Of a DNA stretch of 64,000 nucleotides, positions 51,741 through 64,000 are shown in pieces. This stretch comes from Octopus sinensis (lineage: Eukaryota). How positions within the stretch are numbered: position 1 is the stretch's first letter; each line of letters opens with the position of its first letter. The notes below the pieces were generated by a model. It worked only from the letters and a program-made list of their open reading frames with translations, was not told the origin of the DNA and did no database searches. Both the position numbers and the translations under genes were made by a program. The DNA lies in assembly GCF_006345805.1 (NCBI RefSeq), contig NC_043003.1:65286001-65350000 (forward strand). The letters run 5' to 3'.

Positions 51741-51782
51741 AAGTTTCAGCTCGAGAGCTGTGACCATGCTGGAGCATCGCCA
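51741..51782 (-). mobile_element. Isolated LINE/SINE-A type 3' terminus
   Basis: TGGCGATGCTCCAGCATGGTCACAGCTCTCGAGCTGAAACT, like 20062-20102. Confidence 0.65.
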
Positions 51783-52087
51783 CTTTTTTCCCTAAATATG
51801 AGCTGAATTCTAGAAGTACTGCAATGTCAGGTCAGCAACACGGCAAAAGTGGAGCAAGCCCCTTAAATTTCGCCTCATTTTAAAAATCAATTTAATATCT
51901 ATGGCTCAGATCGGGACTGTATGGGATATTAAGCTGATGAGAATAAATACTAGGCTTTGGTCTTATCCAAAAGACCAAAAAGCGTATGTATGCAAACTTT
52001 ACGCTTTTATTCTTCTTCTTGTTTCAGTTATTGGGCCAGTGCCCTGCTGGGGCACCACCATGAAAGATTCAGTCAATGATATCATAT

Positions 52088-52460
52088 TACTCTTTTACTT
52101 GTTTCAGTCATTTGACTGCAGCCATGCTGAAGCACCGCATTTAGTCAAGAAAATCGACCACAGGACTTATTCTTTGTAAGCCTTGTACTTATTCTATCGG
52201 TCTCTTTTGCCGAACTGCTAAGTTACGAGGACATAATACACCACCATTGGTTGTCAAGCGATGTTGTGGGGACAAACACAGACACCCAAACATATACACA
52301 CATACATATATACGACGGGCTTCTTTCAGTTTTTTTCCCCGAAATCCCCTCACAAGGTTTTGGTCGGCCCGAGGCTATAGTATTAGACACTTGCCGAAGG
52401 TGCTACGCAGTGGGAATGAACTCGGAACCATGTGGTTGGTAAGCAAGCTACTTACCACAC
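52088..52460 (-). mobile_element. SINE-A
   Basis: Reverse-complement copy. Confidence 0.9.
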
Positions 52461-52922
52461 ATTTTTTAGACTTTTACCACATATTTTTAAGACTGATGCT
52501 TATTGTATCGACTTTTCTTTGCCGGACAGCTAAGAGATAAACAAACACAAGCTCAAAGGCGCATATACATTGAGGCATATATATATATCATGGATGTCCT
52601 CACAGCTTTCGCTTATCAAACCCACTCACTAGTCGTTGCTCGGCCCTGGGCCCTTTCCTCTTCACACAATATCGCAGGTGTTTATATGTTTTTTTTTCCC
52701 TAAATAATTTTATAGTAGATAAGATGTGAGCAATGCGTCTATTGTATTTAGACACTCGTTACTGTATTCTAGCTAACGCGATTCTATCGTCTTCGCTACA
52801 TGAATACGAGTCATTTGGAAAACTGAATTTAATCGTTCTGATCTTTTAGCGCATAACGTTTATCGTTTTCTCTTTACAGACGAGCCGAAAGTATAGTTGA
52901 ACATATGAATATCTCAACATTA

Positions 52923-53144
52923 CAGTAATCTCTCTACTATTGCGGACGTTACGTTCCAAAATCCTCCGCGATAAGTGAAAATCCGCGAAGTAGAAACAGT
53001 ACTCTACTGCATATTTTTTCTATTATTTTTTTAATTTGTATATATTTATTTTATTATAAATGCAAGACAACACCAGGGAGGAATCGGCGTAAGTTTAAAT
53101 AATAAACCGCGATAGGTGAACCGCGATACGGCGAGGGATAACTG
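52923..53144. mobile_element. Tc1/pogo(Tigger)-type MITE
   Basis: TA-CAGTAATCTCTCTACTATTGCGG ... CCGCGATACGGCGAGGGATAACTG-TA: imperfect ~24-bp TIRs, TA duplication, repeated CCGCGA subterminal motifs. Confidence 0.85.
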
Positions 53145-53174
53145 TATATGAGTTATATTTATCTTCTACCATTT

Positions 53175-53510
53175 ATTTGCTTCAGTCGTTGGACTGTGGG
53201 CATTCTAGGACACCGCACCGAAGGGTTTAGTTGAAGAAATCGATCTCGGGATTTGATTTTTAACGTCTAGCACTTATTGTATTGGTTCTATTTTCTGAAA
53301 CAGCTACGTTACGGCGATATAAATAAACCAATACCGGTTATCAAGTGAGGGACTAACACAAACGGAAAAACACTCACTATTTTCACTCACAAGGTGTTGG
53401 TCAGCTTGAGACTATAGTAGAAAGCAAAATACCTAAGGTGCCACTTTGTGGGTCTGAACCCGAAACGGAATGGTTGCAAAACCAATTTCTTAACCACCCA
53501 ACCATGCCCC
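53175..53510 (-). mobile_element. SINE-A, old diverged copy
   Basis: Recognisable tail and head in reverse complement. Confidence 0.7.
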
Positions 53511-53531
53511 ATGAAATGTTCAAATACGCAG

Positions 53532-53572
<41 letters not shown>

Positions 53573-54401
53573 CATACACACATGCACGCACACACATCCA
53601 CACGCACATCCACACACGTACACGCACGCACTTTCACACACACACACGTACAGACTGAAACACATACATACATTCTTACAAATATACAAGATACAACAAA
53701 TCGGCCTCATACATCCGCCCACGTATTTATTCACATAAATACAGAATTACCTCTAAATATAACACAATGCATAGACGCTTTTTTTTTAAAGCCGTTTACA
53801 CAGATATATATCAATATGTGTGTGTTTCCATACGTTACTATTTCCAGACACGGTCTGATAGATGTGAGATTACTTACAGACAAATTATATTTACTAGAAT
53901 TTCGTCGACAATAACCATAGGAAGTCACTGAACTTTCAAAGCGGAACTTTCAGAGCAATTGTCATATTTTCACTAATACAAACTTTGATGGATTTTATTA
54001 AATTTCAGTATTTTGTGTTATTATTCTTACTAGATTTGATGTCTAAAATAAAACATATGAAGTTTTTGTCACGAAATCAATGCAACTTTTCCTCAACATG
54101 CATATTATATTTGCATTATTTTATTACTTTCATGGTTCACATAGAGTCGTACACGTGTACATGGTGGATATTAACTCGTAGACGAGTGTGATTATCACTG
54201 ACTAATTATCATATCATTGACGTTAAAGACACAACTGTCAACAATGCCAGTACTGAAATTTAAAATCAATAACAGCCTGCACAACGAACACTAAGATTCT
54301 CACCTACTAAGCCAAGCAGCATAGAAACAAGCAAGAGCATGATCTCCAGCTTTGCAATGAAGCGGGTGTTATAGCAGAATTACATTCTCCAAGAGAGATA
54401 C

Positions 54402-54614
54402 TACAGTTCTATATTTGAGAGATGAAGAATTATTTACATTATTTACATTTGACGGTTATTTGTCCTCATCTTGTTTGTTGTTAACACAACGTTTCGGCTG
54501 ATATACCCTCCAGACTTCATCAGGTGTCTTGGGGAAATTTTTCGAACCTTGGTTCTCACTTCTAAGGTATTTTTCGATGTTGTTGTTGTTGTTGTTATTG
54601 CTGTTGTTGTCGTC

Positions 54615-54667
<53 letters not shown>

Positions 54668-54675
54668 CATCATCA

Positions 54676-54706
<31 letters not shown>

Positions 54707-54820
54707 GATCACTGCTTGGAATCGAACTCGGAATCTTGGGGTTAATAACCTGCGCTCTTAACTCCAAGAATCCGAGTTCGATTCCAGGCAGTGACTTGAA
54801 TCATAATAATAATAATAATG

Positions 54821-54875
<55 letters not shown>

Positions 54876-55044
54876 TAATAATAATAACAACAACAACATC
54901 GAAAAATACCTTAGGAATGAGAACCCAAGTTCGAAATTTCCCCAAGACACCTGATAAAGGCTGGTGAGTATATCAGCCGAAACGTTGTGTTAAAAACAAA
55001 AAAGATGAGGACAAATATCCGTCAAATGTAAATAATGTAAATAA
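54402..55044. mobile_element. H1 head-to-head pair (two near-complete copies)
   Basis: Minus copy 54402-54762 (HHR 54483-54528, core intact) and plus copy 54759-55044 (HHR 54946-54991, G8A); joined at a TAAC microhomology inside the tRNA head. Confidence 0.92.
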
Positions 55045-55754
55045 CGTCCAAGGTAGATGTTTAAACAAAGACTAGGGTTCTCTAACTTCCAGCTGTTGGA
55101 TGGTCGTTGATTCTACAGAGTCAATCCGTCCTTTGAAAGAGTTGTTTTTAATCTTGCAGAATGTCCTCATCTCGAAAAAATAGAAAAAAAGAACTACCCT
55201 CCTCAGCCAGCAGGCTTGGTATGGATGCCGGTTTAGTCGCCGATCGCCTGATTATGCGATAACTTGTACTAGGTTATAAGTTACCAGTCGCAATAAGATT
55301 GATGTTTCAGAAATATATATATGCATGCATACCTATCACAGAGGTATGTATACATATCTTATTTCTTACTAGTTTCAGGAAGAATCTGAGGCCATGCTGG
55401 GGCACTGCTTTCAGTGTGATAGATTTCATTCCTGTACATTATCTGGCGAAGAAGTGTTTTGGAACGAGCTACTCATTTTCTGTGCATCCTGCCGCGATAT
55501 GTGTTCATCTGCTCTCCTGATTAAAAATTAGTCCAGATGTTCCTTGAAGACACCTACATTGCTAGAAATGGGAGTAAAATACTCCTGGTGCTGTAAAAAA
55601 AAGAGCACAAATGTATACATATACGCTTACATGGGAAGAAACAACCCCATGACCGAATCGAGACTCTCTCAGACTAGACAGCTTATTTCGCGTATTTCTG
55701 TACAATTCATCCGCGTGTGGGCTCATTCCAGTTCGGTAAAACAGAACGATAGAA

Positions 55755-56894
55755 AAAGAAGTTCCAATACGAACATTTCAGTATTTGACTGTCAATCTGA
55801 CAGTGCAGAGGATTCGAAAAGAACCGGATGAGTCTAATGATGATAACGAAGATACGGCAAGTCGGAAAACTCACTCTGATCGTTCTTATATGAAAACAAC
55901 TCCTGAAGTTGTCCGTGACACCCAGGCCATAATTGACAACGATTCTTCCAAGTCAATCAGGTTCACTGACAGGGACATGCGAGTGTCTGAGTTTCTTATC
56001 AGGCAAGTAGTGCAGGAAGACATTCGGTATTCCTCATACACGATGGAAAAGAGCCAATTTTCATCCCAAGTCATAAAGGATAAGAGGAAAGAACAAACTC
56101 ATGCATCCCCTCCTACCGAACATGCTTTGGTTTTTCTCAGACAAGAAAAAATTCTGCCAGCATCAGATGGTGAACACACAGAACAGCCGTTGGCTTGCAG
56201 TATCCACAAAACATGTAACGAGAAGGATAAAATTCAAATATCCAGTCAACATCATGGTGTTTGGAGTGATTACTACTGATGGCGATATTATGCCTCCATT
56301 CATCTTTCCACACGGCCTCAGAATCAACACGGAGGCCTACATCAAGTACTTGGACGAGATAGTGCTGCTCTGGGTCAAGAGGGTGGCTGCTGGAAGACCC
56401 TATGTCTGGCAACAGGACTCTGCACCATACCACACAAGCAGGAGAACCCAGTCATGGCTGTCAGACAATTTCTGCGACCACATCACCGCTAAAATCTGGC
56501 CACCTAACTCCCCAGACTGCAACATCCTTGGTTATTATACGTAGGCGTAGTTGAATGAGACCAGGAAAACTCCTTGTAACACCAAAGATGAACTGAAGGC
56601 AAGGATTATGGCAGCATTCACCAACTTAAACAAGGAGATCGTCCAGAAGAGTTGCAAGCGATTCCGAAGTCGTCTGGAGGCCGTGGTTGAAACCAACGGC
56701 GATTTTGTAGAATAAATTTACTCTTTAGTATTTCAAGATATTTTTATGTAATTTTGGTGAATATATCCGTTAAAATGAGATGTCAGTGTTATTTTCACTT
56801 TTGCGAAATTTAGTTTATTCATTTATTTCTTTAGTTCATATATTTAATTTAGTTTATATACTTTTACGTAATTTAGTTTATTCCCCGCACCTTG
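55755..56894 (+). mobile_element. DD37D (maT-like) Tc1/mariner transposon, pseudogenised; 5' end not located
   Basis: ORF 56101-56544 has WFFSD...WQQDSAPYHTS...WPPNSPDCNILG: 37 residues separate the QQD aspartate from the expected third D (here G); 3' end CCCCGCACCTTG-TA. Confidence 0.88.
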
Positions 56895-57326
56895 TATGTG
56901 TGTGTGTGTGTTTACATATATATTCATATACTAATAATATATGCCTGTATATACGCGTGCGTATGAATACATCACGTGTGTGTAACAACCTACATCCGTT
57001 TCCATACAGACTTATTGAAAGTTACACACTCACTCCTCTCGCTATCTCCCTCTCCCTCTCACACACACACACATACACACAAACAACACGAGCTATAGCT
57101 TACCTGTTTCTTGACGCTTACTCACCACACGCTTGCTCTACTTCAATAAAGAGACACCGAGACACGATGTGCAATATCACTAACATATACACTCAGCTAC
57201 ATACAAACGACAGGCGTAAAACGCCACAGCGCAGGCGCCATACGAAGTATCGACAAACATGCATATGACACATCTACGTAACTCATAAATACAGAGATAC
57301 CAGAGAATGTGTGTTTGTGTGTGTGT

Positions 57327-57383
<57 letters not shown>

Positions 57384-57557
57384 CCACTCACCTATCAGTT
57401 CCCTTGAATTCGCTCCCTCACGTAAAAATAATTCCACTGCCGTCAACTTGCTTTCATCCTTTCGGGGGTAGATGAACACTTCCCCCCAAATTTCAGGCCT
57501 TTTGCCTATAGTTGAAAGTATAATAATAATTATACTAATAATAATTATTATTATTAT

Positions 57558-57770
57558 GGAGGAGAGTTGGCGGAATCGTTAGCACACCGGGCAAAATGCT
57601 TAGTGGCATCTCGTCCGTCCTTACACTCTGAGTTCAAATTCCGTCGATGTCGACGTTGCCTTTATCTTTTCGGGGTAGATAAACTAAGTACTAGTGAAAC
57701 ACTGGGGTCTATGTAATTGATTATCCCTTCCCCAAAATTTCAGGCATTGTGCCTTTAGTAGAAAGGATTA
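57558..57770 (+). mobile_element. SINE-B
   Basis: Head, core and alternative tail; a deleted fragment precedes it at about 57430-57520. Confidence 0.85.
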
Positions 57771-57890
57771 TTATTATTATTAGTAGTAGTAGTTGTATAT
57801 ATGGTCGTAGTAGTAATAGTAACAGGAACAGCAGCAACAGTAATAGTAATTGTAGTAGTAGTATTGCTATTAAAGGGGCGAAGCAGCAGA

Positions 57891-57943
<53 letters not shown>

Positions 57944-58016
57944 AAAACAGATACACACACACACGCACATAAATGTGCACATATATAAACAAATACACAT
58001 GCACAAACAACATATC

Positions 58017-58308
58017 TTCTCTTCTACTCTAGGCACAAGGCCCGAAATTTGGTGGGAGGGGACCAGTCGATTAAATCGACCTCAGTACGCAACTGGTACT
58101 TAATTTATCGACCCCAAAAGGATGAAAGGCAAAGTCGACTACGGCGGAATTTGCCAGAATACATATATTCTTCTCTACTCAAAGCACAAGGCCCGAAATT
58201 GTGGGGGAGGGTGCCAGTCGATTAAATCAACCCCAGTGCCAAACAGGTACTTAATTTATCGACTCCAAAAGGATGAAAGGCAATGTCCATCTCGGCGGAA
58301 TTTGAACA
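58017..58308 (-). mobile_element. Two tandem SINE-B 3' halves
   Basis: Each ends at GGCGGAATTTG on the plus strand. Confidence 0.85.
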
Positions 58309-59113
58309 ACATACATATATTGCGCTATGTATGTATTATCAGGGCATCATTTCTAAATATTTCTGCGTCTCAATTGTGATGGAGACTAATTTTGTATTTA
58401 TACTTCCAATATATAATTTATAATTCATACAAAATTAAGAACCACAAAAAAATTATTAGAGTTTTCTATAGAAAGTAATTTATAGCTGATTTACCGTAAT
58501 TTGCAACAATTATTTGAGGAATGGCAGCGTATTCTTTAATGATTTATCAAGTCTTTTTTTTTTCAGCATTACTTTCTTTCATGATCTAGAACACTATTAA
58601 TAACTTAGCCAATATATTTTTGACAAAACTCATTTACATACATACATACATATATACATACATACATACATATATACATACATACATATATACATACATA
58701 CATACATATATACATACATACATACATACTACATACATACATACATACATACATACATACATACATACATACATACATACATACATACATACATACATAC
58801 ATACATACATACAAACATACATACCTACATACATATGAATCTGTCTGTCTCGCTGCCCCTCTCTCTCTGTATGTATGTGTGTGTGTGTATGTATGTGTCT
58901 GTGCGTGTGTGCGCGTGCTAAAACATACATATAAACAAACTCGCTCTCACGATGCCCAACCTCACGTGATCAACAAGATACAGAAACTTATTAGCCAAAG
59001 AGATTGATTTTCACCACTATGATGTATACAAGTATATGTATATATATATGTGTGTGTGTGTGTGTGTATGTATGTACACCTATAAAACACACCCATATGT
59101 ACATGTATATGTT

Positions 59114-59148
<35 letters not shown>

Positions 59149-59771
59149 ATGTGTCTACACACACACACACACACACATATATATATTTATATATATGTAT
59201 GCATATATAGATAGAAAGAGATCGATTAAAGGATAACAAAGATAGATGAACAGATTCACGTGGATGTATATATTATTTATATATCTGTTCCTGTTCTTGT
59301 GAGAGAGAGAAATGGGAAGTGGGTGGGAGAGAGGGAGAGAGATGGTTTACATGTAACCGATATATATTGGCACATAAATCACAGCTTAGTAATAATATTG
59401 ACTGTATTCCCTCATACAAATTTTATTTTACCTTTAAAATTTTATGTCAGTTGCGTAAAAATTAATGACATTTTCATAATATATCACATATATAGAAAAA
59501 TATTATATTTATATATATATATATATGTATTTATTTCGACCATATATCTGTTTGTGATAGTTTTGCTTATTTCATTCAGTTTATTTTGATAGCTTCTAAA
59601 ATGTTTTTCTACACAAACTATTCTCAAATTAGACAACTTCTTCAATGTTTGTTTAACGTTTCTGGAAATAAATTCAAAGTCTTCTTTTCGCCAAAACTTT
59701 AGTAAAGTTTTAAAAGGAAGTATACGTTACATAATATATATATATATTAATATATTACTTGTGCGTTAGTA

Positions 59772-59985
59772 GGCTGGTAATGTAAAAGAATCGTTAACAC
59801 GCCTGGCAAAATGTTTAGCGGCATTTTGTCGTTTTTCTACGTTCTGAGTGCAAATTCCGTCGAGGTCGACTTTGCTTTTCATCCTTTCGGGGTCGATAAA
59901 ATAAGTACCAGTTGAATACTAGAGTCTATATAATCGAATGTCCTATTCCCCTGAAATTGCTGGCCTTGTGCCAAACTTTGAAGCC
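59772..59985 (+). mobile_element. SINE-B
   Basis: Core GAGGTCGACTTTGCTTTTCATCCTTTCGGGGTCGATAAA. Confidence 0.85.
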
Positions 59986-60348
59986 AATGTATTACTTGTG
60001 CATTAGAATGTAATTATAGTTAGAGGCTTTTTGTTAATACGTGGGTATAAAAGGAGGTAATTACTTTCTCTTTATACACAACATCTTCATGGAAAGTAGA
60101 CGCGTCAACTGGACTAGTTTCGAAAATGTATTGGGATTTCACGAGCAACCGCGTATTCTCTTTATGTCCCAACGAATACTTAACTTAAATTTATATTTAT
60201 ATTGAGTATGGCATCGCTGAGGAAATCGTACCTCAGGAATGAAACTGCTTCCTCTAATCCTTCTTTATCTACTTACGGAATATTTTATGTAAGATCAAGG
60301 TGGTTTTTACATATATGTACACATACGAAAAAAAAATAAATAAAAAGA

Positions 60349-60675
60349 GTGAAGGCGCATGGCTCAGTGGTTAGAGCGTCGAACTTACGATCGTCGGGTT
60401 GTGAGTTCGAATTCCGGACCGGGCTGCGTGCTGCGTTCTTGAGAAATACACTTTATTTCGCGTAGCGCCAGTTCGCTCAGCTGTAGAAATGAGTTGCGAC
60501 GTCACAGGTGCCAAGCTGTATCGGCCCCTTTGCCTTTCCCTTGGATAACATTAGTGGAGTGGAGATGGGAGGCTGGTAGGCATGGGCAACTGCTGGTCTT
60601 CCATAAACAACCTGGCACGGACTTGTGCCTTTCTAGGTGCAATCCCATGGTCAGTCATGACCGAAGGAGGTCTCA
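60349..60675 (+). mobile_element. tRNA-derived SINE (third family), near full-length
   Basis: GTGAAGGCGCATGGCTCAGTGGTTAGAGCG...GAGTTCGAATTCC; TCAGCTGTAGAAATGAG core. Confidence 0.85.
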
Positions 60676-61924
60676 GCAACACATACGATATTGGCTACCC
60701 GATCTACACGTATATTTCGTTGTGTAACATAGCATTATATAATACAGCCTTTGCCATACTTAAATAGACTGGAATGCCTTTTATCTTAGTTCTGTTCGAT
60801 TTAGTGCTAGCTTGTTGCTAGGGAACATGTTTTCTAGTTACATTTTCAACGAGAAACTTCAACCTTTTATTATTCTATAATTAACAATAATTGTATCGGC
60901 ACCCAACAGCAGTTTATCTCTTGGCTATTTCCATGAATATCATAATAAAGCAGAAGATAACCCTCGTATTCTTCAAAGAAGGTAACTCAAACCAAATACA
61001 AGGTTTTTGTTTTACGCACCGGGATTTGTTTTGTCATTTCTCTCACTCTCCCATTCACATTCACTTACACACCCAACCACTTATAATATGCAAATTATTT
61101 TTTCCTTTTCTTTGAAGCTGCTGGATTTGACGTGAATATGAAGATTTTAGTGAATTGTATCTCTCATATTGCTCATTTTTAGAGATCTCTAGGAGTATAT
61201 TAGCATCTCATTTTGTAATGATTTATTAGCGTGTGGTTTGAGTGATAATAATCTGCTACGTTCAGCATGTCGGGTGACAACAAGGATCCCTCATTGCCTA
61301 TTAGTATATTGAAGGGATCTATAACGAATTTGTAAATTACTGATTATGCATGAAATACTTATTATCTGGGAATCGTTCATTATAAACAGGATCACGCTGA
61401 TTATAAAACAAGCTGTTTGTGTGCATACTGGAACAATTTCAAAATATAAAATCAGATAGAGTCAAATGAATTGAATTGGCGTTTGATTAGCTGGATGATG
61501 TAATAAACGGTAAATTAATTACGGTGTACAACACTTTCTGATATTACTGCGGGGAAAAGTCAACGAACTGCAGCGCAGATAAGAAAATGAGCTTGGGCTT
61601 CGGTAATAATAAAATTCAGCCTGTTCAAATACAACTCAAGTAATTGCACTTCAAAATCGCTACATGCGTTAACAATTGCAAATATTAGCTCTAAATCTAA
61701 ATAAAACATACTTCAAATTATAATAAATGTCACACGTGTTAAAGACAGAAAATGAAACATGTAGCTTTACGTTCAGCATAAGATATAGAGATTGTCGTTG
61801 TAATAATTGATGTTCATCAACGGTTAGCGCTGACGTATGCATAAATCCATTTCCTTGTTGAAATCTAATAAATGCGGCTACAGGTGATTATGCTTTAATT
61901 AACTGAGATATGAATTAATAACAA

Positions 61925-62670
61925 TACATACATATATACATACATACATACAAACATACATAGATGCATACATACATACATATATACATACATAGATGCA
62001 TACATACATAGATACATACATAATACATAGATAATACATACATACTTACATGCATACATACATACATAAATACATACATAAATACATAGATAATGCATAC
62101 ATACTTACATGCATACACATATACATACATAAATACATACATACATACATAAATACATGCATACATAAATACATACATACATGCATATATACATAAATAT
62201 GCACATATATACATACATACATACGTACATACATACATACGTACATACATAAATACATAGATAATACATACATACTTACATGCATACACACATACATACA
62301 TAAATACATACATAAATACATAGATAATACATACATACTTACAGGCATACACACATACATACATAAATACATACATAAATACATAGATAATGCATACATA
62401 CTTACATGCATACACACATACATACATAAATACATACATACATACATAAATACATGCATACATAAATACATACATACCTGCACATATACATAAATACGCA
62501 CATATATACATATATACGTACATACGTACATACATATATACATACATGCATAAATAGATGCATACATAAATACATACATACATGCATATATACATAAATA
62601 CATAAATACATACATACATACATACATACATACATACAAACAAACATACGCGTGTCTGTGTGTGTGTGTG
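61925..62670. repeat. (ATAC)n-derived array with ~63-bp higher-order units
   Basis: ATACATAGATAATACATACATACTTACATGCATACAC recurs about 5 times. Confidence 0.9.
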
Positions 62671-62839
62671 GGGGGTACATTTAAATTCAGCCAAGTCAAC
62701 AGTGTTTAAAGTAGAATAGAAGTTAAGATATTCTCTCATTCTAGGAAGGAATTCGTTTCCTTTGCATTTGCTTCCAATGCAAATGAGGAATATATTTATA
62801 TGGCAATACTTGATTTGGCATGTTTATTTTCAAATTAAA

Positions 62840-63180
62840 AGGCTGTGCGTTTATGGACCTCACTTTGCAACAACGTGTATCTAGGTTCAGTCCCACAGCG
62901 CGGCACTTTAGGAATGTGTTTCTACTGTGTCGAAACCCGTCGTGAATGTGTGTGTATGTGTTTGTATGATTGTGTGTGTGTGCGTGTGTATATGTGTATG
63001 AGCATGTGTGAGCGTATGGGTGTCTGTTTGTTCCTCCACCACTGCTTAACAACCGACTTTGGTTTGTTTACGTTCTCGTAACTTGGTGATTCGACGAAAG
63101 AGCTCATACAAGAAGCGCTAGAATTACGAAATAAATCTTGGGCTGATTTGTTGGACTAGACCCTTTAAGGCGATCTCCTA
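62840..63180 (+). mobile_element. SINE-A, old diverged copy
   Basis: GGTTCAGTCCCACAGCGCGGCAC head, (TG)n, decayed tail. Confidence 0.7.
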
Positions 63181-63813
63181 GAACGATTGATGTCCAGTAA
63201 CTGGACTTAATAAAAGTTTATAAAAAGATAAATAATAAAAGATAATTGTATTTCTATGCTGCACGTCAAGTATAAACCCGACCCTGAAGTTTGTATGACC
63301 GCCAAAAATATCAGTTGAATATACCTACAGTCTGAAAAATGGAAGCCGTATTGGATAATGTATTCAAAGATACACAAAAGAGGAATGCTGATCTCTGCTG
63401 GAGAGTCTTTGTTCATTGGTCTCGTCTGCTCAGTCATCAATGACCTATGGTTAAATAACAGCGAATGCAAATTATTTCTTGTGTTTGAATCAATAATATC
63501 TAAAAGAGAAATTAATATTTATGATTGCTCAATTTTGCAGATCCTGACCTATTTAAATAACCATTTAGCTATGCAGTAAAGTTATTTGAAATTAAACCTC
63601 AACTTGCACATAACACGAGACAATTTAATTATCACTTTTTCCATCTATTTGGCATTCAGCTGTGGTATCTACGCATATTTGCTAAACCCGTGTATATGAA
63701 GCTAGTAACATAACTCATAAAATTTTCATGTGTAAAAGATTTGACATGTAATTAGTTAGTATTTCAGCTGAATCTGTCCAACCATTAGGGTTCAACAATT
63801 TCACAAATATAAA

Positions 63814-63957
63814 GAGGCATGGCTGCGTGGCAAGAAGTTTGCTTCCCAACCATATGGGTTCGGGTTTAGTCCCGCTGCATGGCACCTTGAGCAAGTGTTT
63901 TTTACTGCATCCTCGAACCGTGGATTTCGTAGACAAAAACTGAAAGAAGCCCGGCAT
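63814..63957 (+). mobile_element. SINE-A 5' half
   Basis: GGCATGGCTGCGTGGCAAGAAG...AAACTGAAAGAAGCCCG. Confidence 0.8.
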
Positions 63958-64000
63958 ATATAGCGTAGAAGATGCTTGTAAGCCATTTAAGAACATACAA

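Overview
AT-rich, repeat-saturated eukaryotic DNA with no recognisable host protein-coding gene. The SINE families and microsatellite load suggest an octopus (coleoid cephalopod) intron or intergenic region; this is inference, not a database match. Almost all ORFs in the supplied track are microsatellite translations. Real coding remnants are all decayed transposons: CR1-type LINEs, R4/Dong-like and HERO-like non-LTR fragments, a deleted mariner, a DD37D maT-like element and a Tc1 3' end. The most notable signal is a set of non-coding retroelements carrying hammerhead ribozyme (HHR) motifs with palindromic stem III, most inserted as inverted Penelope-like pairs. (1) Family H1 is a tRNA-headed (Pol III box A/B) SINE with an (AAT)n body and a minimal HHR tail, present at 4 loci. 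(2) H2 and H3 are two related ~350-nt retrozyme-like partial tandems with extended type I HHRs. (3) Further pLTR-like fragments carry minimal or decayed HHRs. Also seen: a pri-miRNA-like hairpin in a small structured island, a candidate 27-nt microexon between inverted SINEs, a LINE/SINE shared 3' stem-loop with covariation, a 179-bp direct repeat bracketing a 4.3-kb insertion pile-up, and a 58-bp minisatellite with dimeric higher-order structure. Family labels (SINE-A, SINE-B, H1-H3) are mine.
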